A stretch of 64,000 nucleotides of DNA from an uncultured Candidatus Binatia bacterium (GTDB lineage Bacteria; Desulfobacterota; Binatia; UBA9968; JAJDTQ01): positions 992,001 through 1,056,000 of the forward strand of contig OZ251459.1 of assembly GCA_965242525.1 (NCBI GenBank), written 5' to 3'. The stretch's first letter is position 1; every line of letters starts with the position of its first letter. This document shows, one piece after another, positions 18,294 through 29,375 of this stretch. Under the pieces are notes generated by a model. It had not been told where the DNA came from. It searched no databases and saw only the letters and a program-made list of their open reading frames with translations. The translations under genes and the position numbers were made by a program.

Positions 18294-19711
18294 CGCGCGT
18301 GCCGCCGCCACGGACGCCCGGGCGCCGGCGGACGCTCCTGTCCGCCGGCGCGGCCGCGGTCCTGCTGCTCCTGGGGACGCCCCCTGCGGCCGCGGGCCGG
18401 GGCATGGACCTACCCGACTTCGTGGCCCTGTCGAAGCAGGTGCGTCCGCTGGTGGTGCACATCTCTTCCACCCCTTCCACGGAAACGGCGCCAGGTCCGG
18501 ACCCCTTTCGGGAAGGGGATCCTTTCGGCGATTTCTGGCGGCGCTTCTTCGGCGAGGGGTTTCCGCGCCATCCGGGAAGCGGGCAGTCCCGCAGCGTCGG
18601 TTCGGGGTTCATCGTGGACGCCAACGGCTACATCCTCACCAACGACCACGTGGTGGAGGAGGGGCGCGAGCTCACGGTCAAGCTCTCGGACGGGGCCGAG
18701 CATCGGGCCAGGGTGGCCGGCAGGGATCCCCAGACCGACATCGCCCTGGTCAAGATCGACGTGGACCGCAAGCTGCCGGTGGCCACCCTGGGCGACTCCG
18801 CGGCCCTGGAAGTGGGGGAGTGGGTGCTGGCCGTCGGCAACCCCTTCGGCCTGGAGCACACGGTGACCGCGGGCATCGTCAGCGCCAAGGGCCGCCGCAT
18901 CGGCGCAGGCCCCTACGACAACTTCATCCAGACCGACGCCTCCATCAACCCCGGAAACTCGGGCGGTCCGCTGGTCAACCTCGAGGGTCAGGTGGTGGGG
19001 GTCAACACCGCGATCTTCAGCCGGGGCGGGGGCAACGTCGGCATCGGCTTCGCCATCCCCATCAACCTGGTGAAGGGACTCGTGTCGCAACTCAAGGACG
19101 AGGGCAGGGTGACCCGGGGATGGCTGGGGGTGGTGATCCAGGACGTGGACGACGAGACGGCCAAAGCCCTGGACCTGGGCGCGTCCGGGGGAGTCCTGGT
19201 GGCCAACGTGACCCGGGGAAGCCCCGCGGAAGCCGCGGGGGTCCGGGTGGGGGACGTCATCGTGGCGTTCGACGGCGCCGCGGTCCGGAAGTCCGGCGAG
19301 CTCCCGATGGTGGTGGCCCGGACCCCGGTGGGGAAGGCCGTCCGCGTGGAGATGGTGCGGGACGGGCAGCCGCTTTCCGTCACGGTGCGGGTCGGGGAGC
19401 TGCGCGGGGACGGGGCCCCGGCGGGGGACGAGCACGGTCTCGGCCTGACCCTCCGGGAGACCCCCCGACGGCCCGGCGGACGTCCGGGAGCGCAGGAAGG
19501 CGTGGTGGTCACGGGGGTGACTCCGGACGGCCCCGCGGACCGTGCGGGCATCCGCGCCGGAGACGTGATCCTGGAAATCGACCGTGAACGGGTCCGCGGG
19601 CTGCAGGACTTCCGGCAGGCGGCCCGGAAACTGGAGAAAGGCAGCGGCGTGCTCTTCCTGGTGCGGCGCGAGGACACGACCATCTTCCTCGCGCTGCGCC
19701 TTCCGCGTTAG
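18290..19711 (+). CDS. degP: DegP/HtrA (Do-family) serine protease with two PDZ domains
   Basis: Catalytic triad motifs TNDHV, DIAL and INPGNSGGPL. Confidence 0.93.
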   Translation: MTRVPPPRTPGRRRTLLSAGAAAVLLLLGTPPAAAGRGMDLPDFVALSKQVRPLVVHISSTPSTETAPGPDPFREGDPFGDFWRRFFGEGFPRHPGSGQSRSVGSGFIVDANGYILTNDHVVEEGRELTVKLSDGAEHRARVAGRDPQTDIALVKIDVDRKLPVATLGDSAALEVGEWVLAVGNPFGLEHTVTAGIVSAKGRRIGAGPYDNFIQTDASINPGNSGGPLVNLEGQVVGVNTAIFSRGGGNVGIGFAIPINLVKGLVSQLKDEGRVTRGWLGVVIQDVDDETAKALDLGASGGVLVANVTRGSPAEAAGVRVGDVIVAFDGAAVRKSGELPMVVARTPVGKAVRVEMVRDGQPLSVTVRVGELRGDGAPAGDEHGLGLTLRETPRRPGGRPGAQEGVVVTGVTPDGPADRAGIRAGDVILEIDRERVRGLQDFRQAARKLEKGSGVLFLVRREDTTIFLALRLPR

Positions 19712-19734
19712 CCGGGGTCTGCCGGGACCGAGCC

Positions 19735-21996
19735 ATGGGAGCCACGTTCAAGCGCCTCTTCATGCGACTGCTCAAGGTCTGCGCAACCCTGTGCCTGCTG
19801 GCGGTCCTGGCGGCCGCGGGATGGACGGGCTGGTACGTGTGGCAAGCCAGCGGCGTGGTGAAGGCCAAGTTCGAGGGGCGCAAGTGGGAGTTCCCCTCGA
19901 AGATCTACGCCGACAGCATGATCGTCTATCCGGGGCTGAAGGTTCCGGCGGACCGACTGCGGGAGAAGCTGCGCCGTCTGGGCTATCGACCGTCCCGGAA
20001 CCGGCCCGCGGCGAAAGGGGAGTACCGCATCCGCGCCAAGGCATCGGTGGTGGAGGTCTTCCTGCACGACTTCCGTTATCCCCTGCGGGACTTCCGGGGC
20101 TTCCCCGTGCGCATCTCCCTCCGGTCGGGGACCATCCGGCGCATACAGCGGCTCGACGACGGCGAGGTCCTTCCGTCCCTGGAGTTGGAGCCCGAGGTGG
20201 TCACGGGTTTCTACGACCGGGTGCGGGAACAGCGGCGGGTCGTGCGGCTGGAAGAGGTGCCGCCCATGGTGAAGAAGACGGTGCTGGCGGTGGAGGACGA
20301 GCGGTTCTACTACCATCGCGGCGTCGACCCGGTGGCGGTGATGCGGGCCTTCGTGGCCAACCTGTTGCGGGGAGGAGTGGTGCAGGGGGGCAGCACCCTG
20401 ACCCAGCAGCTCATGAAGAACTTCTTCCTGGAGAGCGAGCGCACCCTCGAGCGCAAGGTCAAGGAAGCGCTCATGGCCATGGTCACCGAATGGATGTACT
20501 CCAAGGAAGAGATCTTCGAGAACTACCTCAACGAGATCTACCTGGGCCAGAACGGCTCCCAGGGGATCTTCGGCATCTGGGAAGGCGCGCGCTTCTACTT
20601 CGTGAAGGAGCCCGAGCAACTGACGGTGGGCGAGGTCGCCATGCTGGCCGGGCTGATCCGCGCGCCGAACCGCTACTCCCCCTACCGGAACCTGGAGCGG
20701 GCCGTCCGGCGGCGCAACGTGGTGCTGGCCAAGCTGGTGAGGGACGGCCTAGTCACGCGGCCCGCGTACGAACGCGCGAGGCGGGAAGTCTTCGAGAAGC
20801 GGGAGCCGGTACGGGCCAGGAACCATGCCCCTTACTTCACCGACTACGTGAAGAAGGAGCTGGCCGAGCATTACAGCCACGACGCGTTGACCGCGGAAGG
20901 GCTGCGCATCTTCACGAGCCTCGACCTGGAGTTGCAACGGTCCGCGGCGCGGACCCTGTCCCGGGGCCTCGCCAAGCTGGAGAAGGACCACCGGCACCTG
21001 CGGCGCAGGTCCAGGACCGACGACCTGGAGGGCGCGCTGGTGGTCATCCAGCCGCAGACGGGCGAGATCAAGGCCATGGTCGGCGGACGGGACTACGGCA
21101 AGTCCCAGTTCAACCGCGTGGTCCAGGCCAGGAGGCAACCCGGCTCCGTGTTCAAGCCCTTCGTCTATCTGGCCGCCCTGACCCACGGCTCGTCCGAGAG
21201 CCGCGAGCCCTACCACAGCACCACCTACGTGGAGGACTCGCCGTTCACCTGGAGCTTCGGCCGCCAGGTGTGGGCGCCGGAGAACTACAACGACCGCTAT
21301 TTCGGCCAGGTCACCCTGCGCGAGGCCATGGAAAGGTCCCTGAACGCCGCCACCGCGCGCATCGCCCAGGACGTGGGCATCGGGAAGGTGCGCGAGATGG
21401 CTTATCGAATGGGCATCCAGAGCCGCCTTCCGCTGCTGCCTTCCCTGTCCCTGGGCGCGGTGGAAGTGACGCCCCTCGAAATGGCGGGGGCCTTCTCCGC
21501 CCTGGCCAACAACGGCGTCCGCACCCATCTCCTGTCCATCAAGAACGTGGTGGACCGCAACGGGACCGTGCTGGAGAAGGGGAACATCCGGGTGCAGCGC
21601 GTCATCTCCCCCGAAGTCGCCTTCGACATGAACAACATGTTGCGGGGCGTCATCGACCGGGGCACCGCGCGGAGCGTGCGCGAGGGGGGGTTCACCCGCC
21701 CCGCGGCAGGCAAGACGGGCACCACCAACGACACCCGGGACGCATGGTTCGCGGGTTATACCCCGGACCTCCTGGCCCTGGTATGGGTGGGCTTCGACCG
21801 TCAGTCGGAGTTGGGACTCCCCGGGTCCCGGGCGGCCCTGCCCATCTGGACGGACTTCATGAAACAGGCCACCGGCAGGCTGCCGGTCACCGACTTCGTC
21901 CCGCCGCCGGGGGTGTCGCCCCCCGAACGCGAAGCGCGCCGGCGCGCCGGGAGTCAACGGAGGGGACCTCTGAACCATTCCCCCCGTTCGTCCTGA
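19735..21996 (+). CDS. mrcB: Class A penicillin-binding protein (PBP1B-like)
   Basis: Transglycosylase motifs EDERF, GGSTLTQQ and RKVKE; transpeptidase motifs SVFK, SLN and KTG; UB2H-like insert after the TM anchor. Confidence 0.85.
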   Translation: MGATFKRLFMRLLKVCATLCLLAVLAAAGWTGWYVWQASGVVKAKFEGRKWEFPSKIYADSMIVYPGLKVPADRLREKLRRLGYRPSRNRPAAKGEYRIRAKASVVEVFLHDFRYPLRDFRGFPVRISLRSGTIRRIQRLDDGEVLPSLELEPEVVTGFYDRVREQRRVVRLEEVPPMVKKTVLAVEDERFYYHRGVDPVAVMRAFVANLLRGGVVQGGSTLTQQLMKNFFLESERTLERKVKEALMAMVTEWMYSKEEIFENYLNEIYLGQNGSQGIFGIWEGARFYFVKEPEQLTVGEVAMLAGLIRAPNRYSPYRNLERAVRRRNVVLAKLVRDGLVTRPAYERARREVFEKREPVRARNHAPYFTDYVKKELAEHYSHDALTAEGLRIFTSLDLELQRSAARTLSRGLAKLEKDHRHLRRRSRTDDLEGALVVIQPQTGEIKAMVGGRDYGKSQFNRVVQARRQPGSVFKPFVYLAALTHGSSESREPYHSTTYVEDSPFTWSFGRQVWAPENYNDRYFGQVTLREAMERSLNAATARIAQDVGIGKVREMAYRMGIQSRLPLLPSLSLGAVEVTPLEMAGAFSALANNGVRTHLLSIKNVVDRNGTVLEKGNIRVQRVISPEVAFDMNNMLRGVIDRGTARSVREGGFTRPAAGKTGTTNDTRDAWFAGYTPDLLALVWVGFDRQSELGLPGSRAALPIWTDFMKQATGRLPVTDFVPPPGVSPPEREARRRAGSQRRGPLNHSPRSS

Positions 21997-22067
21997 GCGT
22001 AGCGAAGTCGAAGGACGCGCTTTCCCATGGGAGAGCGCGCCTCGAGCCAGAATCGTTCCGAGGTTCC
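21963..22067 (-). mobile_element. Repeat family A copy overlapping the PBP 3' end (supplies its stop codon)
   Basis: GGGACCTCTGAACCAT...core...ATCGTTCCGAGGTTCC. Confidence 0.75.
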
Positions 22068-22078
22068 GGAGGTGGGTC

Positions 22079-23068
22079 ATGATCGTGTTGGGGATCGAGA
22101 CGTCGTGCGACGATACCGCGGCCGCGGTGGTGGAGGACGGCAGGTCCGTGCGGGCCAACCTGGTGTCGTCCCAGGACGCGGTGCACGCGCCCTACGGCGG
22201 CATCGTGCCCGAGATGGCTTCGCGCCAGCACGTCCGCGCCATCCAGCCCATGGTGGACCGGGCGCTGGACCGGGCCGGCGTCGCCGCCGGGGACCTGGAC
22301 GGGTTGGCGGTCACCTACGGCCCCGGGTTGACCGGGTCGCTGCTGGTGGGCCTCTCGTTCGTGAAGGCGTGGTCCTTCCGTTCGGGCATCCCCTACGCAG
22401 GGGTCAACCACCTGGAAGCCCACGTGCTGTCCATCTTCCTGGAGCAGGAGGTGGAGTTCCCCTACGTGGCCCTGGTGGCCTCGGGAGGACACACTCTGCT
22501 CTACGTGGTCCGGTCCTTCGGCGAGTACCAGCACCTGGGCGGCACCCTCGACGACGCCGCGGGGGAAGCCTACGACAAGGTGGCCAAGATGATGGGGCTG
22601 GGTTTCCCGGGCGGGCGCGTCATCGACGAACTGGCCAGGAAAGGGGACCCGGGCGCGGTGGCCTTTCCCCGGGCCCGTCTGCGCAACCCCTACGACTTCA
22701 GCTTCAGCGGGGTGAAGACCTCAGTCTGGCGCTACCTCGGCCGGGACGACCGGTGGCGGGACCGGATGGCCGACGTTGCGGCGAGCTTCCAGGAGGCGGT
22801 GGTGGACATGTTGATGGCGCCCACGCTGCGGGCCGCGGCCGACCTGGGCATCGAACGCATCGTCCTGGGGGGAGGGGTCTCCGCCAACAGCCGTCTGCGC
22901 GGGAAGCTGGGCGAGAAGGCCGCGGAGGCGGGCGCGGAGCTCTACTACCCGTCTCTGGCCTTCTGCACCGACAACGGCGCCATGGTGGCGCTGGTGGGAA
23001 GCCACCGGCTGGAGCAGGGCCGCGGCAGCGGTCCGCGGCTGAACGCCGACCCCGGCCTGATCCTCTGA
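22079..23068 (+). CDS. tsaD: tRNA N6-adenosine threonylcarbamoyltransferase
   Basis: LGIETSCDDT, NHLEAH, SGGHT, DDAAGEAYDK and CTDNGAM. Confidence 0.97.
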   Translation: MIVLGIETSCDDTAAAVVEDGRSVRANLVSSQDAVHAPYGGIVPEMASRQHVRAIQPMVDRALDRAGVAAGDLDGLAVTYGPGLTGSLLVGLSFVKAWSFRSGIPYAGVNHLEAHVLSIFLEQEVEFPYVALVASGGHTLLYVVRSFGEYQHLGGTLDDAAGEAYDKVAKMMGLGFPGGRVIDELARKGDPGAVAFPRARLRNPYDFSFSGVKTSVWRYLGRDDRWRDRMADVAASFQEAVVDMLMAPTLRAAADLGIERIVLGGGVSANSRLRGKLGEKAAEAGAELYYPSLAFCTDNGAMVALVGSHRLEQGRGSGPRLNADPGLIL

Positions 23069-23103
23069 CCGGCGCACCCGCGGGCGGGCGCGGCCGCTTG
23101 CCA

Positions 23104-23955
23104 ATGGCGACCCTTCATCAGGAGGCGAGGACGGCCTGGCGGGTATTGGGCCTCAGGCCGAGCAGGGCCCGGGGCCAGAACTTCCTCGTCCACCAGCGCG
23201 TCATCGACTCCATCCTCCGGCTCCTGGAGCTCGGCGAGGACGACCGTATCCTGGAAGTGGGACCGGGACTGGGCTTCGTCACCCGTTGCCTGGTGGGGGA
23301 GGACCGGGAGGTCTGGGGAATCGAGGTGGACCCCCTGCTGGCCAAGTGGCTGCGCGACGATCCCCTCGGGTCGCACAGGGGGTTCCACCTGGTGCACGAG
23401 GACGTGCTGGACACGGACTTCGACCGCCTCCTGCCCGGAGGCAGGGTCAAGGTGGTGGGGAACCTTCCCTACAGCGTCGCCGGCCCGGTGCTGCTGCGCC
23501 TCTTCGAGGAGGGGCGGCACTTCTCCCGGCTCGTGGTGATGCTCCAGAAGGAGGTGGCCCAAAGGCTCGCGGCCGAGCCCGGCGCCCGCTCCTACGGCGC
23601 CCTGTCCGTGTGGACCCGGCTGTACGGTCGGGTGACCCGAAAGGCGCCGGTGGCGCCGGAAGCCTTCACCCCGCGTCCCAAGGTCCACTCGACGCTGTTG
23701 CGGATGGATCTGTACGAGCAGCCGCTGGTCCCCGCAGAAGAGATCCCGCGGCTGCGCGCGGTGGTGCGGGCGGGGTTCGCCCAAAGGCGCAAGATGCTGG
23801 GCAACGCTCTGGCGCCGCTCTTCGACCGTGAGGCCGAGGCCATATTCGGGAACGCCGGCATCGATCCCCGACGGCGGGCCGAGACCCTGGACCTGCACGA
23901 GTTCGGCCGGCTGGCCAGAGCCTTCGGGGACGCCGCCCGCGAGCCCGGCCGCTAA
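23104..23955 (+). CDS. rsmA: 16S rRNA m6,6A dimethyltransferase
   Basis: GQNFL, EVGPGLG, NLPY, QKEVA.R, F.PRPKVHS and RRAETL. Confidence 0.95.
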   Translation: MATLHQEARTAWRVLGLRPSRARGQNFLVHQRVIDSILRLLELGEDDRILEVGPGLGFVTRCLVGEDREVWGIEVDPLLAKWLRDDPLGSHRGFHLVHEDVLDTDFDRLLPGGRVKVVGNLPYSVAGPVLLRLFEEGRHFSRLVVMLQKEVAQRLAAEPGARSYGALSVWTRLYGRVTRKAPVAPEAFTPRPKVHSTLLRMDLYEQPLVPAEEIPRLRAVVRAGFAQRRKMLGNALAPLFDREAEAIFGNAGIDPRRRAETLDLHEFGRLARAFGDAAREPGR

Positions 23956-23988
23956 GACCCGAAACCGGCGCCCGAAAGGACCCTCCCC

Positions 23989-24810
23989 ATGCCCGAACTG
24001 CCCGAGGTCGAGACCGTATGCCGCACGCTCCATCGGCGGCTCCGCGGTGTGAAGATCCTCCGGGTCCGCGTGGTGGAAAGCCGCTTGCGGCAACCGGTGG
24101 CCGCGGACTTCGCCGCCCGGCTCCGGGGCAGGACCGTGGCATCGGTGACCCGGCGCGGGAAGTACGTCCTGGCCGCGCTGGACCGCGGCTGGACCTGGGT
24201 CTCGCACCTGGGCATGTCCGGCAAGCTCACCCTCCGGGCGCCCGGGGCGCCCCTGGACAGGCACGACCACATCGTGTTCCGGCTGGCGGACGGCGGGGAG
24301 CTGCGCTACCACGACCCGCGCCGGTTCGGGTTGTGCGTGGTCCTGCCGGACTCGGAGGTGGAGGCTTGGCCGCCCCTGGCCCGGCTCGGGCCGGACCCGC
24401 TGGACCCGCGGTTCACCGGGGACTACCTCTATCCGTTCCTGCACCGCTCCCGCCGGAACGTCCGGGACCTGCTGCTGGACCAGCAGGTGGTCGCGGGCCT
24501 CGGCAACATCTACGTGAACGAGGCGCTGTTCCGCATCGGGGTCCGTCCCACCCGCCGGGGCTTGCGGATCTCCAGGGCGCTCACCGGGGAGCTGGTGGGC
24601 GAGGTCACCGCGCTGCTGCGCGAGGCCATCCGATGGCGCGGCTCTTCGGTGTCGGACTACCGCGACGGCAACGACCACCGGGGGGGCTTCCAACTGCGCC
24701 TGCGGGTGTATGGCCGGGAGGGGGAGCCCTGCCGTAGCTGCGGCGCGCTCGTCAAGCGCATGGGGCTGGGGAACCGCGGGGCCTTCTACTGTCCCCGGTG
24801 CCAGGCGTAG
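23989..24810 (+). CDS. mutM: Formamidopyrimidine-DNA glycosylase
   Basis: MPELPEVE, HLGMSG, GLGNIY and a C-terminal zinc finger. Confidence 0.97.
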   Translation: MPELPEVETVCRTLHRRLRGVKILRVRVVESRLRQPVAADFAARLRGRTVASVTRRGKYVLAALDRGWTWVSHLGMSGKLTLRAPGAPLDRHDHIVFRLADGGELRYHDPRRFGLCVVLPDSEVEAWPPLARLGPDPLDPRFTGDYLYPFLHRSRRNVRDLLLDQQVVAGLGNIYVNEALFRIGVRPTRRGLRISRALTGELVGEVTALLREAIRWRGSSVSDYRDGNDHRGGFQLRLRVYGREGEPCRSCGALVKRMGLGNRGAFYCPRCQA

Positions 24811-24823
24811 CGCCGCCGGCGCC

Positions 24824-25351
24824 TCATCCCACCACCTCGTAGTCGCCGCCCAGGTAGCTCCTGCACAGCCCGCGGTAGGTGGAGGATCCCATCTGGATCC
24901 AGTTGAGGGCTTCGCCGCCGATCTCCTTCTTGACCTTCGCCGGGCTGCCCGCGGCCAGGCATCGGGGGGGGATTCGGGTGTGGGGCACCACCACGCTGCC
25001 CGCGGCGATGAGCGACTCCTCGCCGACCTCGGTGTCCTCCAGCAGGGTGGCGTTCATGCCGATGATGGCGGAACGCCGGATGGTGCAGCCTTCCATGACC
25101 GCGGCGTGGCCGACGGTCACGTCTTCCTCGATGACCACCGCCCCTTCGCCGGAATGGAGCACGCAGTTGTCCTGGATGCTGGTCCTCGCCCCGATGACGA
25201 TGGGGTTCCGGTTCTCGTCGGAGCGGAGCACCGCGCCGAACCAGATGCTCGCTTCGGGGCCGACCGTGACGTCGCCGATGAGCACCGCGGTGGGGGCCAC
25301 GAAGGCCTGGGGGGAGACGTTGGGGCGGCGCCCCTTGTACCGGATGAGCAT
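24824..25351 (-). CDS. Gamma carbonic anhydrase family (hexapeptide repeat) protein
   Basis: APTAVLIGDV, IWFGAVLR, IQDNCVLH, VGH and GSPAKV. Confidence 0.88.
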   Translation of the reverse strand: MLIRYKGRRPNVSPQAFVAPTAVLIGDVTVGPEASIWFGAVLRSDENRNPIVIGARTSIQDNCVLHSGEGAVVIEEDVTVGHAAVMEGCTIRRSAIIGMNATLLEDTEVGEESLIAAGSVVVPHTRIPPRCLAAGSPAKVKKEIGGEALNWIQMGSSTYRGLCRSYLGGDYEVVG

Positions 25352-25388
25352 TCACGGCCTCCTTCGGCCCGACGGCCGACGGTCTCGG

Positions 25389-25518
25389 GGAGCCTCCGAG
25401 CGATCGGAGGCGCATGGGCGCGTCCTTCGACCTGGCTCCGCTGCGCTCAGGACCAACGGGGACGGGGACGTCAGGGTGGGGGAATCCATCCCGGACGTCT
25501 CGATGGTCCAGAGGCTCC
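25389..25518 (+). mobile_element. Repeat family A, degenerate copy
   Basis: GGAGCCTCCGAGCGAT...CTTCGACCTGGCTCCGCTGCGCTCAGGACCAACGG...ATGGTCCAGAGGCTCC. Confidence 0.7.
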
Positions 25519-26754
25519 TCATGTGGTTTCGAGGGCGCGCGCCGCGCTCCGGCAGACCTCGTCGGCGATCCCCAGGGACGAGGTGGCGCCCGGAGACGGG
25601 GCGTTGAGGACGTGGACCGCGCCTTCGGACTCGGCGATGACGAAGTCGTCCACGAGCTTGCCGCTGGCCGACACCGCCTGGGCGCGCACGCCGGCGCCGC
25701 GGTACACCAGGTCTTCCGACCGGACCTCCGGGACCAGACGCTGGAGCTCCCGGACGAAGGCGCGCTTGTCGAAGGAGCGGCGGAGCTCCGGCAGCGAGGT
25801 CTTCCAGTGCTTTCGCGCCATGGCCCAGAACCCGCGGTAGGAGAAGATCTCGTACAGGTCCCGGAGGTTCAAGTCGGTTTGGCGGTAGCCTTGCCGCGCG
25901 AACGCCAGGACGGCGTTGGGACCCACCTCCACGCGGCCGTGGACCGTCGGGGTGAAGTGCACTCCCAGGAACGGGAACCGGGGGTCGGGCACGGGATAGA
26001 CGAGTCCCTTGACCAGGGACTTCCGGTCCTCCGTGAGGCGGTGGTACTCGCCCCGGAACGGGACGATCCGGACAGGTTCGTCCACGCCGTTCCGGACGCC
26101 GGAGGCGAACCCCGGGGTCATGTCCGCCACCCGGTCCACGAACAGTCCGGCGCAGTTGACGAGCGTGCGGGTCTCCACTGGGTCCAGGGAGGTCTCCAGC
26201 ACGAACCCCCGGGACGACCGGGCGACGCCGGTCAGCTCGCAGGACGTCCGGATGACGCCTCCGCGGGCGCGGAACTGCCGCGCGTACGCACGGGCCACCT
26301 CCCCGAAGTCGATGATCCCGGTGAACGGGGCGTGGAGGGCGCGCAGTCCGGCGCAGTGGGGCTCGATCTCCCGCAGCTCCCCGGGTCCGATCATGCGGAC
26401 GCCTTCGACGCCGTTGGCCCCGGCCCGGCGGTGCAACTCCTCCAGGCGCGGGACCTCCTCCGGGCGGGTGGCGACGATGACCTTGCCGCAGAGGTCGTAG
26501 CGGATGCCGTGCTCGTCGCAGAACTCCAGCAGCGCCTTCTTCCCGGCCACGCACGTCTGCGCCTTCACCGACCCCGGCCGGTAGTAGATGCCGGAGTGGA
26601 GCACGCCGCTGTTATGGCCGGTCTGGTGCGCGCCGAGCTCCGGCTCCTTCTCCAGCAGGGCGCACCGCAGCCCGGGATGCTCCTGGCCCAGGCGCATGGC
26701 CGTGGCCAACCCGACGATGCCGCCGCCGATGACCGTCAGATCGAACGTTTCCAT
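25519..26754 (-). CDS. lhgO: L-2-hydroxyglutarate oxidase
   Basis: GGGIVG, HQTGHNSGVLHSGIYY, PFLGVH, GVRAQA and NAPSPGATSS. Confidence 0.92.
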   Translation of the reverse strand: METFDLTVIGGGIVGLATAMRLGQEHPGLRCALLEKEPELGAHQTGHNSGVLHSGIYYRPGSVKAQTCVAGKKALLEFCDEHGIRYDLCGKVIVATRPEEVPRLEELHRRAGANGVEGVRMIGPGELREIEPHCAGLRALHAPFTGIIDFGEVARAYARQFRARGGVIRTSCELTGVARSSRGFVLETSLDPVETRTLVNCAGLFVDRVADMTPGFASGVRNGVDEPVRIVPFRGEYHRLTEDRKSLVKGLVYPVPDPRFPFLGVHFTPTVHGRVEVGPNAVLAFARQGYRQTDLNLRDLYEIFSYRGFWAMARKHWKTSLPELRRSFDKRAFVRELQRLVPEVRSEDLVYRGAGVRAQAVSASGKLVDDFVIAESEGAVHVLNAPSPGATSSLGIADEVCRSAARALETT

Positions 26755-26759
26755 GGAAA

Positions 26760-26899
26760 GGAACCCCTGAACGATCAGGCAGAGGGCATGAGCGCGTCCT
26801 TCGACTTCGCTTCGCTACGCTCAGGACGAACGGAAACGGGGGCGTCAGGGTGAGGGAATCGGGAATCCATCCTGGATTTCTTGATCGTTCAGAGGTTCC
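26760..26899 (+). mobile_element. Repeat family A copy
   Basis: GGAACCCCTGAACGAT...core...ATCGTTCAGAGGTTCC. Confidence 0.8.
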
Positions 26900-27073
26900 G
26901 AAAGACCGGGGAGGGGCCGCGGGCGTCCCTGGTCCCGCGGGGACACTAGCAGCTTCTTCCTGTCCGTGTCCAGCGAGAGGATTTCCCCTGTGCCGGGGCT
27001 GCCGGGCCGGACAGGATGACATCCGAACGAAATCCCCCGTTCGTCCCGAGTCCGTCGGTGCGGGCGCCCACGC

Positions 27074-27126
27074 CGTCATTCCCGCGAAAGCCCACGCCGT
27101 CATTCCCGCGAAAGCGGGAATCCAGA
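27074..27126 (+). repeat. dRS3-like palindromic repeat (family B), 1.5 tandem copies
   Basis: CGTCATTCCCGCGAAAGC CCACGC CGTCATTCCCGCGAAAGCGGGAATCCAG. Confidence 0.8.
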
Positions 27127-27297
27127 GATCCCACTCGAAAGCCTGAAGCGCCCTAAAGTTCGACGCCGACCCGTCGATCTACTCTCCTATGGAACCTGAA
27201 ACGACCACTCCTTCCTTCCTGCCGCCGGGGCGCTCCGCCTTTGCTTCGGCATCGGGTGGTTTTGCACATCCGCGTCTCCCGATGGTATCTCTTGGAC

Positions 27298-29325
27298 ATG
27301 CTCAAGGAGAGGAAGGAGGGGCGGTTTCGCCTGGTGGCGGACTTCGAGCCGCGGGGGGACCAGCCCGGAGCCATCGAGCGGCTGGCGGAGGGACTGGAGC
27401 AGGGGCTGCCCCACCAAGTGCTGCTGGGAGTGACCGGCTCGGGCAAGACCTTTACCATGGCCAACGTCATCAGCCGGATCAACCGTCCGACCCTGGTGAT
27501 CGCCCCCAACAAGACCTTGGCGGCCCAGCTCTACAACGAGTTCCGGCTGCTCCTGCCCGACAACGCGGTCCGTTACTTCATCAGCTACTACGACTACTAC
27601 CAACCCGAGGCCTACGTTCCCGCCACCGACACCTACATCGCCAAGGACGCTTCCATCAACGACGAGATCGACAAGCTGCGCCACGCCGCCACCATGGCCC
27701 TGCTGGAGCGCCGGGACGTGGTGATCGTCGCCAGCGTCTCCTGCATCTACGGCCTGGGCTCGCCCGAAGCCTACTTCGACCTGATGGTCTATCTCGAAGA
27801 AGGCATGCGCATCGACCGCGACCGGATGCTGCGGAAGCTGGTGGACATCCAGTACGAGCGCGTGGACTACGACTTCCATCGCGGGACGTTCCGGGTGAGG
27901 GGGGACACGGTGGAGGTGTTCCCGGCCTACGAGGACAAGTCGGCCTTGCGCATCGAGTTCTTCGACGACGTGGTGGAGTCGTTGCTGGAGGTGGACCCCC
28001 TGCGCGGCCGGGTGCGCCGCCGCGTGGACAAGGCCACGGTCTATCCCGCAAGCCACTACGTCACCACCTCGGAGCGCATGAAGGCGGCGGTGGCCGCCAT
28101 CCGCGAAGAGCTCGCCGAGCGGCTCGCAGAGCTCAAGCGGGAGGACAAGCTGCTGGAAGCCCAGCGCCTCCGGCAGAGGACCCTCTACGACTTGGAGCTG
28201 CTGGAGGAGATGGGCTCCTGCCCGGGCCTGGAGAACTATTCCCGGCACCTGACCGGAAGGCGTCCCGGAGAGCCTCCGCCCACGCTGTTGAGCTATTTCC
28301 CGGAGGACTACGTGCTGTTCGTGGACGAGAGCCACGTGACCGTGTCGCAGATCGGAGGCATGTACCGCGGGGACCGCTCCCGCAAGGAGACCCTGGTGGA
28401 GTTCGGGTTCCGGCTGCCGTCGGCCCTGGACAACCGCCCGCTCAACTTCGAGGAGTTCGAGTCCAACGTGAAACAGACCGTCTATGTCTCCGCGACCCCT
28501 GCCGAATACGAGATACGGAAGAGCCGCAACGTCCGGGTGGAGCAGTTGATCCGGCCCACCGGGCTCACCGACCCGGAGATCCGGGTGCGCCCCGCGGCCG
28601 CCCAAGTGGACGACCTGCTGGAGGAGATCCGCAAGCGCACCGCGGTCAACGCCCGGGTGCTGGTGACGACCCTTACCAAGCGCATGGCCGAGGACCTCAC
28701 CGACTACTACCAGGACCTCGACGTCAAGGTCCGCTACCTGCACTCGGACATCGACGCCATCGAACGGGTGGAGATCATCCGCGACCTGCGCAAGGGGGTC
28801 TTCGACGTACTGGTGGGCATCAACCTGCTGCGGGAAGGGCTGGACCTGCCGGAGGTCTCCCTGGTGGCCATACTCGACGCGGACAAGGAGGGCTTCCTGC
28901 GTTCGGAGCGGTCCCTGATCCAGACCATCGGCCGGGCCGCGCGCAACGTGGACGGCACGGTGATCCTGTATGCCGACGTCATGACCGATTCCATGAAGCA
29001 GGCCATCGGCGAGACCGAACGGCGGCGGCGGGTGCAGCAGGCGTTCAACCGGGAGCATGGCATCGTTCCCCGGAGCGTGGTCAAGCAGATCGACGAGCCG
29101 CTGATACAGGTTTACGACGCCGACTACGTGGACGTCCCGCTGGTGGCCGACCATGCGCCGCCCCCGGGCGAGATCCCCCGCATGGTGCAGAAGCTCAGGA
29201 AGGAGATGAAGCAGGCGTCGGACCGACTGGAGTTCGAGAAGGCGGCCGAGCTCCGGGACCGCATCCGGGCGCTGCAAGAACAGGAGTTGTCCGGTCCGTA
29301 CCTGTCCAGGGGCCTGTCCGGGTAG
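27298..29325 (+). CDS. uvrB: Excinuclease ABC subunit B
   Basis: [22 protein letters not shown] and GRAARN. Confidence 0.98.
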   Translation: MLKERKEGRFRLVADFEPRGDQPGAIERLAEGLEQGLPHQVLLGVTGSGKTFTMANVISRINRPTLVIAPNKTLAAQLYNEFRLLLPDNAVRYFISYYDYYQPEAYVPATDTYIAKDASINDEIDKLRHAATMALLERRDVVIVASVSCIYGLGSPEAYFDLMVYLEEGMRIDRDRMLRKLVDIQYERVDYDFHRGTFRVRGDTVEVFPAYEDKSALRIEFFDDVVESLLEVDPLRGRVRRRVDKATVYPASHYVTTSERMKAAVAAIREELAERLAELKREDKLLEAQRLRQRTLYDLELLEEMGSCPGLENYSRHLTGRRPGEPPPTLLSYFPEDYVLFVDESHVTVSQIGGMYRGDRSRKETLVEFGFRLPSALDNRPLNFEEFESNVKQTVYVSATPAEYEIRKSRNVRVEQLIRPTGLTDPEIRVRPAAAQVDDLLEEIRKRTAVNARVLVTTLTKRMAEDLTDYYQDLDVKVRYLHSDIDAIERVEIIRDLRKGVFDVLVGINLLREGLDLPEVSLVAILDADKEGFLRSERSLIQTIGRAARNVDGTVILYADVMTDSMKQAIGETERRRRVQQAFNREHGIVPRSVVKQIDEPLIQVYDADYVDVPLVADHAPPPGEIPRMVQKLRKEMKQASDRLEFEKAAELRDRIRALQEQELSGPYLSRGLSG

Positions 29326-29375
29326 GCGGGCGCGGCCGTCCCACGTGCGCCCGGACGGCTTCCCGGATTCCAGCC

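Noticed and set aside
26958-27016. Hairpin between lhgO and uvrB as a riboswitch or ncRNA
   Set aside because: A 9-bp stem is unremarkable at this GC content and no known riboswitch motif was recognised.
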